Source: Octopus sinensis (taxonomy: Eukaryota). Taken from it: a stretch of 64,000 nucleotides of DNA. The stretch covers positions 30,690,001 through 30,754,000 of the forward strand of contig NC_043009.1 in the NCBI RefSeq assembly GCF_006345805.1, read 5' to 3'. The notes under the pieces are model-generated. The model ran no database searches. It was given only the letters and a program-made list of their open reading frames with translations, and was not told the DNA's origin. This document shows positions 52,780-64,000 of this stretch, piece after piece (the first letter of the stretch is position 1; the number at the start of each line of letters is the position of its first letter). The position numbers and the translations under genes are program-made.

Positions 52780-53655
52780 ATATATAAGTTTAATGCAGGT
52801 AAGTTCCAGGCTTGCGCTACTGGCACACAAAGTTAAACGACGTGCAGACTGGATACACTGGCCCAGGAAGAATTGCAATCCCTGAGTTAAAATCAGTGCG
52901 TGACCTGGGCATTGACATGAGCAATGATGCATCTTTCCAAGTGCATATTGCTAATCTAGTGATAAAATGCAGACGGCTAGCTGGATGGATTCTCCGAACT
53001 TTCAGAACAAGAGAGAAGGAGACACTGATGGTCCTATGGAAAACATTCGTCCTCAGCCGCTTGGACTACTGCTCCCAACTGTGGTCACCACACAATATAA
53101 AAACTAACAGCAGAACTCGAAGCAATTCCGAGAAGCTACACAAAGAAAATCGTCTCAATGCAAAATATCAGCTACTGGGAAAGACTGAAGGTATTAAACC
53201 CCTTCTCCCTAGAGCGGAGGCGGGAGAGATATGCGGTGATATACATCTGGAAAATCCTGGAGGGTCTTGTCCCAAACTTTGGCATTCAAAGTTACCCCAA
53301 CCGCAGAACGGGGCGCCACTGCATGATGCCAAAGATTCCAACATCACCATAAAAAAAGGTCCAGATACTGCAACAGCTTGGGTTTCAGAGGACCACAGCT
53401 CTTTAACATCCTCCCTAAATGCCTGAGAGTCTTACATGGTGTGGATGTGGGTTTCTTTAAAACTAAACTGGATCTCTTCTTGTCGAGAGTCCCAGATGAA
53501 TCTACCTCACGACAGGAGACGCAGATGCGGGCAGCAGCATCGAACTCCCTTGTTGATCAAGTGCCACGTATCAGAGGTGGATTCACAAATTAGCGTAGCT
53601 CATTCAGCGGTGATTCCACAGCATGGCCGCGGCCTTCGGGCTAAAACATTTTTAA
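52780..53655 (+). mobile_element. CR1-group LINE 3' fragment
   Basis: KFQALRY..VRDLGIDMSNDASF..WILRTF..SRLDYCSQLWSP..YWERLKVL..SLERRRERYAVIYIWKILEGLVPN..GFRGPQLFNILP..FKTKLDLFLSRVPDE. Confidence 0.92.
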
Positions 53656-53779
53656 GGATTCAAGGATTTAAGTGCATATATATATATATGTATGTGTGTG
53701 TGTTTGTTTTTAGTGTTTGAATATATGTGAGTATACAATTTTTAATTGTATTCTTTGCTATACATATCCTTTTTTACCC

Positions 53780-54070
53780 GTTTATTTGTTTCAGTCAGTT
53801 GACTGTGGCCATGCTGGAGCACCACCTTTAGTCAAGCAGATCTTATTCTTTGTAAGCCTAGTACTTATTCTATCGGCCTCTTTTGCTGAGCCGCTAAGTT
53901 ATGGGGACACAAACTCACCAATATCAGTTGTCAAGCAATGTTGGGGGACAAATACAGACATACAAGCATACACATATATATATGTATATGATAGGCTTCT
54001 TGCAGTTTCCGTCTACCAAATCCACTCACAAGGATTTGGTCAGATCAAAGGGACTGAATCTGGAACTCAT
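53780..54070 (-). mobile_element. SINE family A, head partly deleted
   Basis: Matches 16318-16620. Confidence 0.85.
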
Positions 54071-54114
54071 GCACCTATATATATATGTATGTATATATAT
54101 ATATAATATATATA

Positions 54115-54173
<59 letters not shown>

Positions 54174-56035
54174 TACATATATATAAATATATAAATATAC
54201 GACCCGACGAAGATGATGACAACGATGATGATGATCATCATCATTTAATGTTTGGCATAATTTGTATGATTCAGTATGAAATTTGATTTTTTAATTTTGG
54301 CTCAAAGTCTGTAATTTCAGGCGAGAGTGAAAACCAGTCATATTGACCTCACTGCTCAACTGTTACTTATTTTATCGACCCCCAAAAAGATAACATCCTG
54401 CTGCCTCGCACATCTATCATCCCTCTCGTTTCTCTCTGCCGTCCAGAAACATCTTATGCTAGGGGGAAAAAAGTTAATCTATAAACTGAGGCGTTTCTTA
54501 GGCTTGTGTGGAGTTTTTGGATAAAACTTTATTACATATCAACCCTCCAAACGATCTGACTGTATTCAGCAGTCTAATCAGCTGTGATAAGCAGTGTCCA
54601 GTTGGGTGTTTTGAATTTGTTGTTATAGCCGTCTCCTTCAATCTGGAATAAGCATGAAACTTTGGCAGGTCAGCTTATTAGGTGTATATTTATGAAATAT
54701 TAAAATAACAATAATCTAGAATAGCTCTCTTTCAAAAGGTCTCAAAACTTCTAGAATCCCCCTTGTGCCTCTCGGATACTTTTTTTATATCGTCAGTCTG
54801 TAAGAAGGGTCAGTAATCATGATCTTCCCATACTCTCCTAGACCAATTAGATTGATGACATCGATGCTTCTCTTGAATACTTTTGAGTCAACATCTGCAG
54901 AAAAGAATTCCACAAATGCGAAATTCTGGTAAATAACCATGTGAAGTTGCTAGTATTGGCTTCGAGGGGAATTCAATACAAAAACGATGAAGAGAGCTAA
55001 AGTACGTTCGTGAATCCCTGACACTGTCCAGAGTGTAGAGGCAATTATAGTTGTGGTATAAAAGGCAGAGAGGAGATGGCACCTTCACAGCCGTAAAGCC
55101 AACAATACTCTATGTTTCTCCATTCGGTTCCCATCTGTAATATTTTTCTACCACGGTATACACAAGCAACATTTTACACAAAGACTATTTTAACTACAGA
55201 TCAAAACCGGTGATTATTTTCATTGTTATTATTCTATCGAAGCGTGAATGTTTTTTCAAATACTTTAACAAGTCATAATGCGCTGTTATCACATTCTTAT
55301 GTTCCTAGAAGAGTAACGTACATGTGGCAGGGTTTATCTCCAATCCACATTTTCACTGAATGCATATAGAAGCTACTCCACTGTTTTTGTGGATTATTAA
55401 AGACAAATTTAACATTTAAAAAACTTTTAGAATGACCGTGAAATTTGCATGGATGTGTTCTTCTAGTTATAATTGTTATTTTTGCAAACACCTTATTCTG
55501 TTTTCATTCCAAATAAGGAATTTTGTTAGAGTAAAAGAGGGGAATTTGTTGCTGTGAACTATTATAGAATTAAACCAAAGAGGGTTCACCCAAACAACAC
55601 GTACAACGACAGCAAAATAAACAGAGAATTGAAGACAAAATTAAAACTAGATTTTGCATTTAATTATTTAATATTTTTAATAAAATTTTAGACAGAGAAA
55701 TTAGTTTTAGAATTTTCATACTCTATTGTATTTAATTTTTTGTAAGATTTATTCAAATAAATATGACCTTTACAAAAAATAAGTATAAAAGAATAAAAAC
55801 AAACTAGAACAATAAAAAGAGTTGATGGGGAGGGAGAATAGTTTCTCATTATTCTTTAATTATATAAAAACTTATTGTTTCTTCTTCGCATAATTTTCTA
55901 TCACATGTTTTTGCATTTTATATAAAATTTAATTAAATGTCGCCATAGCAAACTGTAAAAATTTCATTTCATCGTAAGAATAAAGAACACCGGAATCTCC
56001 GAGATCAGTATGTATATTTCAATATTTTACATACC

Positions 56036-56077
<42 letters not shown>

Positions 56078-56089
56078 ATATATATGGTA

Positions 56090-56300
56090 AATAAAATAAA
56101 ACAAAGAACAAACACCAAAAAACAACAGTGCGTGGAAGTGGTACATGTAAAGTATTAGCAGACGCTCAGGGAAGGAAAGAAAGGTGGTTTTACGTTTCAA
56201 GCAATCAAGCAAAGCTCTTCTTCAGGAACAGGAGACAGAGGAAAATCCAATAGAAAAGGATGGTTGAAGAAAAACAATTGCCAAGTTGTTAAACAGGACA
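56090..56300 (-). mobile_element. PLE pseudo-LTR-like repeat with a degenerate hammerhead motif at 56188-56228
   Basis: Minus: TTC CTGAAGA A GAGC TTT GCTT gattgctt GAAAC GTA AAACC. Confidence 0.45.
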
Positions 56301-56610
56301 ACAAATATTGAGGTAAGGCAAACATCTCAAGTCGCATACAATATTATTATTGGAAAAACTTCAGAGTCTTACAGGTGTTTCTGAGATATCCTCGAGTATG
56401 GGATATTTTGTCATCAGAGACAAATAGGGAACAATAAGGAAAATGAAAATGGTATATATTAATGAGATGACGACATAGAGGAAGGGAGTAAAAGAATAAG
56501 GAGATGGAGATAAATAAGAAAAAGAAGCATAAAAGTTCATAGTTCAACTTTCGGACGTTATACAAACAGGAGCATAATTCCTTAGGTGCAATCCTGTACA
56601 GATCCATGGT

Positions 56611-56662
<52 letters not shown>

Positions 56663-56699
56663 ACTCTCTGGGAATAATAAACAAATAATTTAGAGCAAT

Positions 56700-59235
56700 A
56701 TCATCATCATCGTTTAATGTCTGCTTTCCATGCTGGCATGGGTTGGATGATTTGACTGAGGTCTGGTGAGCCAGATGGCTACACCAGGCACCAATCTGAT
56801 CTGGCAGTGTTTCTACAGCTGGATGCCCTTCCTAACACCTACCACTCTGAGAGTGTAGTGGGTGCTTTTACGTGCCACCAGCATGATGGTCAGTCAGGCA
56901 GTACTGGCAACAGCCACGCTCAAATGGTGTTGTTTACGTGCCACCTGCACAGGAGCCAGTCCAGCGGAACTGGCAACACCCTTGCTTGAATGTTGTTTTT
57001 CACATACCACCAGCACAAGTGCCAGTAAGGCGTTGCTGGTAATGATCACGGTCTAATGGTGCTTTTAACGTGCCACCGGTACAGGGGTCAGTCAGCGGCC
57101 TTGGCAGCAATCACGCTCCACTAGTGCGTATGCCAATCATGCGATGCTGTCCTCAAATTTGATTTCCATTTCAGTTACCTTCGCAAGCAGAGTTTAGTGT
57201 CCAATGAAAGAACGTTACATCTAAGTGGGCTGGTTACACCACTGGCATAGCCCACGGGTTATGGTCTCACTTGGCTTGCTGGGTCTTCTCAAGCACAGCA
57301 TATTTCCAAAGGTCTCGGTCACTAATCATTGCCTCGGTGAGGCCTAATGTTCGAAGGTCATGCTTCACCACCTCATCCCAGGTCATCCTGAGTATACAGT
57401 TTCCCTCAACTGCTACGGTATGACACTTTTTCACACAACTATCCTCATCCATTCTCACCATATAACCCTACCAGTGCAGTCATCTCTCTTGCACATCATC
57501 TCTGATGATTCTTAGGTCTAACTTTTCTCTCTGTCTGTAGAGTATGCATACTGACATTACACATCAAGCAGAGCATACTGGCTTCATTCCTTGCAAGCTT
57601 ACGCATGCCTTCAGCAGTCACGGCCCATATTTCACTGCCATGTAGCATGGCTGTTCATACACATGTGAGCAAGAGGCCTTTTGTCAGCAGCAGAAGTAGG
57701 AGCTCTCTGAACTTTGCCCAGGCTATTCTTATTCTAGCAGCTACATTTTCAGAGCACCCACCCCGGCTACGACTTGGTCACATAGGTAACAGAAGCTATC
57801 AACTACTTCTAGTTTTTCTCCCTGGAATGTGGCGGAAGATGTTCTCTGCACATTTTCAGTGTTTATTCCTACAGAGCATCTGCCACATACAAAAACTATC
57901 TTCCTAGTTAGCCTTCCTTTGATATTGCTGTACCTCTTATGTATCTATAGATTACACTGGGTACATCTTATAGAGTTTCTACCTATGCCTTTTCTACAGA
58001 TCGAGCAGGGCCATCAACCTGAAGGGATTTGTGGTTTGTCTGCCTTCCTACTTGTTAGGACTTTGGTTTAAGCTAGATTGACTCTAAGGCCCTTTGAGTC
58101 TAATCCTAGCTTCCACACCTGAAACTTCTCCGCTAGTTCAAGGTTATCAGCATAGAGGAGCTCCTGGGGGGATCTTGTCTTGAATTCCTCTGTTATTGCC
58201 TGGAGGACTATGATAAATATGAGGGGACTGAAGACTGAACCTTGGTGGACACCTACCTTTACTCAGAATTCTTCACTGTACTCATTGCCAACTCTCATCT
58301 TACCGACAGCGTCCTTGTACATGGCTCGCACAGTTCTCACTAACCATTCATTTATCCCTAGTTTCCTCATTGACCACCAGATATGGGATTGGGGGACCCT
58401 GTCAAAGGCTTTCTCCATGTCAACAAAAGCCAGGTACAAAGGTTTATCTTTGGCTAGGTATTTCTCCTGTAGCTATCTTACTAGAAATATAGCATCAGTG
58501 GTGCTTTTCCCTGGCACGAACCCGAGCTGCATCTCATCTAAACTGACTCTCTCTCTAATTAGTTGGGCTAAGACCCCCTCCATGACTTTCATTACCCGAT
58601 CCAACAACTTGATACCTCTGTAATTATTTGTATCTAAAGCGTCACCTTTACCTTCGTAGTAGTTGACTATAGTGCTGCTACACCAGTCATTGGGTATGAC
58701 TCCTTCGTGTATCACCTGATTAACTATTTGGGTGACTAGGCAATAGTCGACACTGCCAGATATTTTGAGCATCTCTGCGATGATTCCTGATGGGCCGGGG
58801 GCTTTCCCTGTCTTCATACTCTTAATTGCTTTATCTACCATAAACTGTCAACTCGGACTGCTGGTCTCTCTCTGTTGGGTCGATATTCGGCAGACTCTCT
58901 TTCCCCCATTCATTCTCTTTATTGAACAACCTTTCATAGTGGCGTCTCCAAACCTCTCTCTTTGCAGCCTCATCTAGTGCAAGTGAACCATCATCCATGC
59001 GGACACATTTCATTCCTACGACATCACGATTCTCTCTCACACACTGTCTTGCAACACGAAGTACTTCAAGTCTTTGGTCCTCACGGTGTAGAACATTGGC
59101 AATTTTTTTCTGCTTCCCCTCTGGCTCCCTTTCTGGCAGTCTCCTAGCTCCCTTTCTGGCAGTCTGATACAATTACCTGCTATCACTATTCTTCCAGTCC
59201 TTCCAAGCCAGTTTCTTTTCTCTAATAGCCCTCAA
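56700..59235 (-). mobile_element. RTE LINE, ~2.5 kb degraded copy (linker, RT, PHD-like finger, C-terminus, 3' UTR, (GAT)n tail)
   Basis: KTGKAPGPSGI, NNYRGIKLL, GFVPGKSTTDAIF, GVHQGSVFSPLIF, LYADNL, CSIC/CTQC/CGRC, MVRMDEDSCVKKC; multiple stops and frameshifts. Confidence 0.93.
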
Positions 59236-59466
59236 CAAAGCACACAATAAATGGATAGATTTTTTTAAGGAATATATATTATTATGTAATTTATTATGCA
59301 CTCAAACTGTACCTATTCTTTCTAACTTTCCAACATGCCAAGAGAAAGCTTTATCTCTGAATGGCAAATACGCTTATCCAATGATTTATTAACTGTTGTT
59401 AAACTAATTATTACAACTTCTTTCCACTTTGTATTTGTCATAATAAACTGATATGTTTTTTTATTA

Positions 59467-59529
<63 letters not shown>

Positions 59530-59711
59530 AGATAAGAAAGTTTGTTTGGTAAAGCACGTGGGTGAATATATAAGAAAATAGTAAAGTGTGAAAAAACGAC
59601 AGAAGGCTTAAATGTTAAAAAATATATATTATATTTGTGTCAAAATGTCTGGAGAATATTGGAAAAAATTTTTTTTCCTTTCCTTAAAATGACATAATTT
59701 TAAAATTTTTA

Positions 59712-59751
59712 AAGAAATTACCGGTTTCGCGTGTAGCTTTTCAAATTTCTT
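59712..59751 (-). ncRNA. Type I minimal hammerhead, U3:A8 core variant (inverted pseudo-LTR copy)
   Basis: Minus: AAGAAAT TTGAAAA GC tacac GC GAAA CCGG TA ATTTCTT. Confidence 0.7.
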
Positions 59752-61269
59752 GTGACGTTATGTTTATATTGCATGGAATTATCGTTGTTTTTATTCCAGG
59801 AGATTTCTAAATAAGGAGGTAGTGAGTGATTTTTTCCGGTGTAGGGGAGATAATCGCTTAAAAAATTTTTTTTTCCATTTCCTTGTTAATTTCTCTGTGT
59901 CAGTATGTTCGGATGGTTGAGTCTGGGTTTGTACTTTTCAATGAAGAATGTTTCCTTGTTCAGTCTCATTTGTGTTGATGATCCGAAAGCACATTGGTAA
60001 AATGGGAAGATTAAAAATTGTGGCAGTAGTTGCTTTGCGCATTTCTCAATGTGCTCACTAAAAGGTATCATTCTATATTCTGGGAATGCAATCTGTTGTC
60101 GATGCACAATCAAATACTAAAATATACCGAGGGACAACCCCTCGATAATACATTGGATCACTGGAAGGATTCCTGTGAGAGAGAAGAGAGAAATTCTCTC
60201 CTACGCTGGGAGAAAAACATGGACTTCTTCCAAAAATATAGTGAAACCTTCAAAAATGAATTGGGTACAAATAATCCCTTCCTTAAGAAAATTACAATAA
60301 ATAAAAAAGAAAAACCTAACAACCCACGAACAACCCCCAACTATCCTCCATATACTAAAAACAGAAATCACCCACAACCAACCTCTACAAACCACGCTAG
60401 ACCTAACAGGGACTAGCTGAAAGAGGACGCGTCTATGAAAGAAATTACACCAAAAACAGAACAAACCAACAACATCATAATACCAGACCCAACCACCATA
60501 CAGCACAATACGACACTAGGATAAGAAATACACCACACACAAATCACTACTACCCCATGAACCAAAACTACTGGTCCCCACTAAACACAAGACAAACGCA
60601 AAGAAACACTATGTCAAGCAACATCCACATACAAGAAGTTCGAAACAAAAATATTCCCCATACAGAAATTTTACACACACCACAAGCATTAACAACCATA
60701 GATTCCCACACACACACAACGATCGGAGGCAACAATACCACCACTCCCCCGACCAAATACCACACAACCTCACAGACAACTCATACAAACAAAATACACC
60801 CAACATTTTTTAGCCAGGGACCAGGGACACCAGGACACAGGCTGGAACCTAGTAATAAGGAAAAACCGAAGATAATCAATCTTTCAACCAACCTCTTTCT
60901 AACATAAAAATTGACATCCTCGCAAAAGGGCTCAAATTTACACCAACTCCACGCAGAGCAAACCTAAATGAACTCAAGGATAATATAACAGAATTTTGCA
61001 GAAAATTAAGACTAGCAGAAGCATCAAACAGTTTCAATACTGAAGATGAATCACTTGTCAAGAACAAAAGTGAACACATCCCACACAGAGGAAGAAATAA
61101 AGATCTTGACGAATTCTGTAACCACATTGAGAACTTCCCCTACCATACTATACATAAACAGAAAGCTAACCCAAATTTTAACAATACACAATGGAAAGAA
61201 CTGATAGAACTCCAAAATGATGAAGATATAACCATTAAGGAAGCGGACAAGGGAAATGCAGTTGTAATA

Positions 61270-62460
61270 ATGGATACATCATACTACAGAAATCTTGTAA
61301 TTTCCTTGCTTGATGAAGACCTACATTATGAAAAAATTACCAACTACACCCCACAAAAAATAATGAAAACTCTATCTTCACTAATTAAAACCCATGAAAA
61401 GGAACTGACAACCAAAGAGATTGATTTCCTAACAAACTTTAAATGCAAACCTAGCCTTTTCTATGGTCTGCCAAAAATTCATAAAAGTCAAATTATAAAT
61501 GAAACCATTAAAAAATCACCAAAGACATACATACACACACCTAATCCGGGGGACCTAAAACTACGACCCATTGTAGCTGGCCCAACCTGTGAAACACACA
61601 GACTAAGTCTACTTATGGACATCCTCTTGAAACCCTTCCTTAAACATATCGATAGCCATATCAGAGATGACTTAGATATGTTAAACCACCTTCCAAAAAA
61701 AACCAAGGAAGAAACAATCCTGGTTTCATTTGATGTAGTCAACTTGTATACCAGTATACCTCATAATTATGGACTGGAGGCAATACAATTCGGGTTAGAC
61801 CAATTTCCGGAAGAAATACCAAAAAGGATCAGTAAAGAATTCATTACTAAATCAATTGAATTCATCCTACACAATAACCACTTCATGTTTGACAATACAT
61901 TTTACCGTCAAAAATCCGGAATTGCTATGGGTACAAGGGCAGCACCAGTCATTGCGAACTTAACAATGGGATACATGGAAATAATCATTTACCAGGAATC
62001 TCTATCAATCTTTGGAAACTCCCTCTCTCAATACATAAAAGAGAATTGGAAACGATTCCTAGACGATTGTTTCATTCTCTGGAATGAAAACATAGATAAA
62101 CTCCTAAAATTTAAAAACCTATTGAACAGCATAAACCCAAATATACAGTTCACAATGGAATACAACCAAAAGGAGCTCCCGTTCTTGGATATACTAATTA
62201 AAAAAATTAACCTTAAAATAGAAACAGACATTTTTTACAAAGCCACAGACGCCAAACAATACCTTCTTTTTAATTCATGCCACCCAAGACACACTAAAAC
62301 AAACATCCCCTTCAACCTTGCAAGAAGGATATGCACAATAGTGTCAGAACAAAATACCAGGAACTTTAGACTGCAAGAACTCAAAAACACCCTAATTGAC
62401 AGACATTACCCAGCTCAACTCATAGAGATGGGATCAGACGTGCAACAGAAATCAACATAG
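61270..62460 (+). pseudogene. PLE reverse transcriptase core (largest open segment, 396 aa, of a frameshifted ORF spanning ~60110-63090)
   Basis: RT motifs as above; frameshifts near 60900, 62440, 62700, 62935 and 63070. Confidence 0.9.
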
Positions 62461-63257
62461 AAACTTTAAGAAAAGTTCAACACAACAACACACCTTCCCC
62501 GAAAATACTACCTACATATCTACATACAACCCCAGAAACAAAGAAGCCTTCACCATCATCACCCAGAATTTACCAATACTTCATAAAAACCCAAAATTAA
62601 AGGAAATTCTAAACATACACCAAATCATTAAAAGCTACAAACAGCCTAAATCACTTAAAAAGATTCTCACAAAGGCAAAATTGTCTTCTAAAATACGGAT
62701 GCAAAAGTAAAAAAATGTGGTAGATCGAACTGTGCAACATGTCCTAACCTCTGGAAGGATCAGAATTCCTCTTAAAGAGGGACAAAATAAGATCAAATCT
62801 AACTTTACTTGTGCCTCTGAAAACATAATTTATGTTATTAAATGCTCGGGCTGCCACCAAGACTACGTGGGTTCCACGGGACTATCACTCAGGCGCAGAT
62901 GCACACTACATCGACAACAGATTGCATTCCCAGATATAGAATGATACCTTTTAGTGAGCACATTGAGAAATGCGCAAAGCAACTACTGCCACAATTTTTA
63001 ATCTTCCCATTTTACCAATGTGCTTTCGGATCATCAACACAAATGAGACTGAACAAGGAAACATTCTTCATTGAAACAACCCAGACTCAACCATCCGAAC
63101 ATACTGACACAGAGAAATTAACAAGGAAATGCAAAAAAAAAATTTTTTAAGCGATTATCTCCCCTACACCGGAAAAAATCACTCACTACCTCCCCTTTTT
63201 AGAAATCTCCTGGAAATAAAAACAACGATAATTCATGCAATATAAACATAACGTCAC

Positions 63258-63297
63258 AAGAAATTTGAAAAGCTACACGCGAAACCGGTAATTTCTT
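63258..63297 (+). ncRNA. Type I minimal hammerhead, U3:A8 core variant (3' pseudo-LTR copy)
   Basis: AAGAAAT TTGAAAA GC tacac GC GAAA CCGG TA ATTTCTT: 7 bp stem I, 2 bp stem II, palindromic stem III ACCGGT, GUA site. Confidence 0.7.
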
Positions 63298-63479
63298 TAA
63301 AAATTTTTAAATTATGTCATTTTAAGGAAGGAAAAAAAATTTTTCCAATATTCTCCAGACATTTTGACACAAATATATATATTTTTTTAACATTTAAGCC
63401 TTCTGTCGTTTTTTTCACACTTTACTATTTTCTTATATATATATATATATGATATATATATACGTTTTTATATATATAC

Positions 63480-63624
63480 GTTATTTACATATTTGTCCCC
63501 ATCTTGTTAACACGTTTCGGCCTTCATCCGGTATCTTGGGGAAATTTCGAACCTGGGTTCTCATTCCTAAGGTATTTTTCGATGATGTTGTTACTATTAT
63601 TATTATTATTATTATTATATTATT

Positions 63625-63661
<37 letters not shown>

Positions 63662-63733
63662 TTCAGATCACTGCCTGGAATCGAACTCGGAATCTTGGGG
63701 TTAGTCACCCGCACTCTTAACCACTATGCCATC
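63480..63733 (-). mobile_element. tRNA-derived SINE (family H) with internal (AAT)n/(ATT)n and a hammerhead-like 3' tail
   Basis: A box TGGCATAGTGG (63721-63731), B box GAGTTCGATTCC (63677-63688); tail AC CGGATGA A GGCC GAAAC GT GT. Confidence 0.65.
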
Positions 63734-64000
63734 TCTTAAATATAGAACTATGTAGATATTATGTACATACACACACAGAGAGAAAGAGAGAGAGAGAGAG
63801 AGAGATAATTATTTCTGAAACTGGAACAAAGCAAAATATATGCGAAAGAGAACATTGGACATCATCATCATCACTTAGTTGTTTATCTGCCAATATTTTC
63901 ATCAAGAAGCTACTTTGTCAAATTAAATGTTCACACCCAATCTTATCTGACTGAACAAATGAAAGCTCCACATCCTTCCCCATTTGCCCCTTATCATTCA

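Larger units (their letters stand above)
59531..63438 (+). mobile_element. Penelope-like element (Neptune-like) with 5' inverted pseudo-LTR, RT, Cys linker, GIY-YIG endonuclease and 3' pseudo-LTR
   Basis: KIINLS..LAKGLKFTPT, IKEADKGNAVVIM, SFDVVNLYTSI, GIAMGTRAAP, RFLDDCF, SCHPRH, CGRSNCATC, NIIYVIKCSGC..YVGSTG..RR..HRQ; 59566-60104 is the reverse complement of 62909-63438. Confidence 0.95.

Overview
AT-rich animal genomic DNA, saturated with microsatellites ((TA)n, (CA)n, (GATA)n, (TACA)n, trinucleotides) and transposon debris. Composition and the tRNA-derived SINE families suggest an octopod cephalopod genome (inference, not database-verified). I found no intact host gene or convincing exon; almost all listed ORFs are microsatellite artefacts. 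Recognisable elements: RTE-clade LINE fragments (two with a PHD-like C4HC3 finger inside the RT), three CR1-group LINE 3' fragments, Penelope-like elements (PLEs; a ~3.9 kb Neptune-like copy with an inverted pseudo-LTR at 59.5-63.4 kb, plus RT and GIY-YIG remnants of a second clade), a Chapaev/CMC transposase relic, two Tc1/mariner relics, a TIR MITE, two non-autonomous Helitron-like elements, about 20 SINE copies from at least 4 families, and a recent 1.1 kb tandem duplication. The most interesting signal is a set of about 10 type-I minimal hammerhead-ribozyme (HHR) motifs from at least 5 repeat families. They include a compensatory U3:A8 core variant, hammerheads inside inverted repeats, a 557 bp terminally redundant retrozyme-like unit, and a tRNA-headed SINE with a hammerhead-like tail. 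All folds were read by eye and need covariance-model and in vitro cleavage confirmation.
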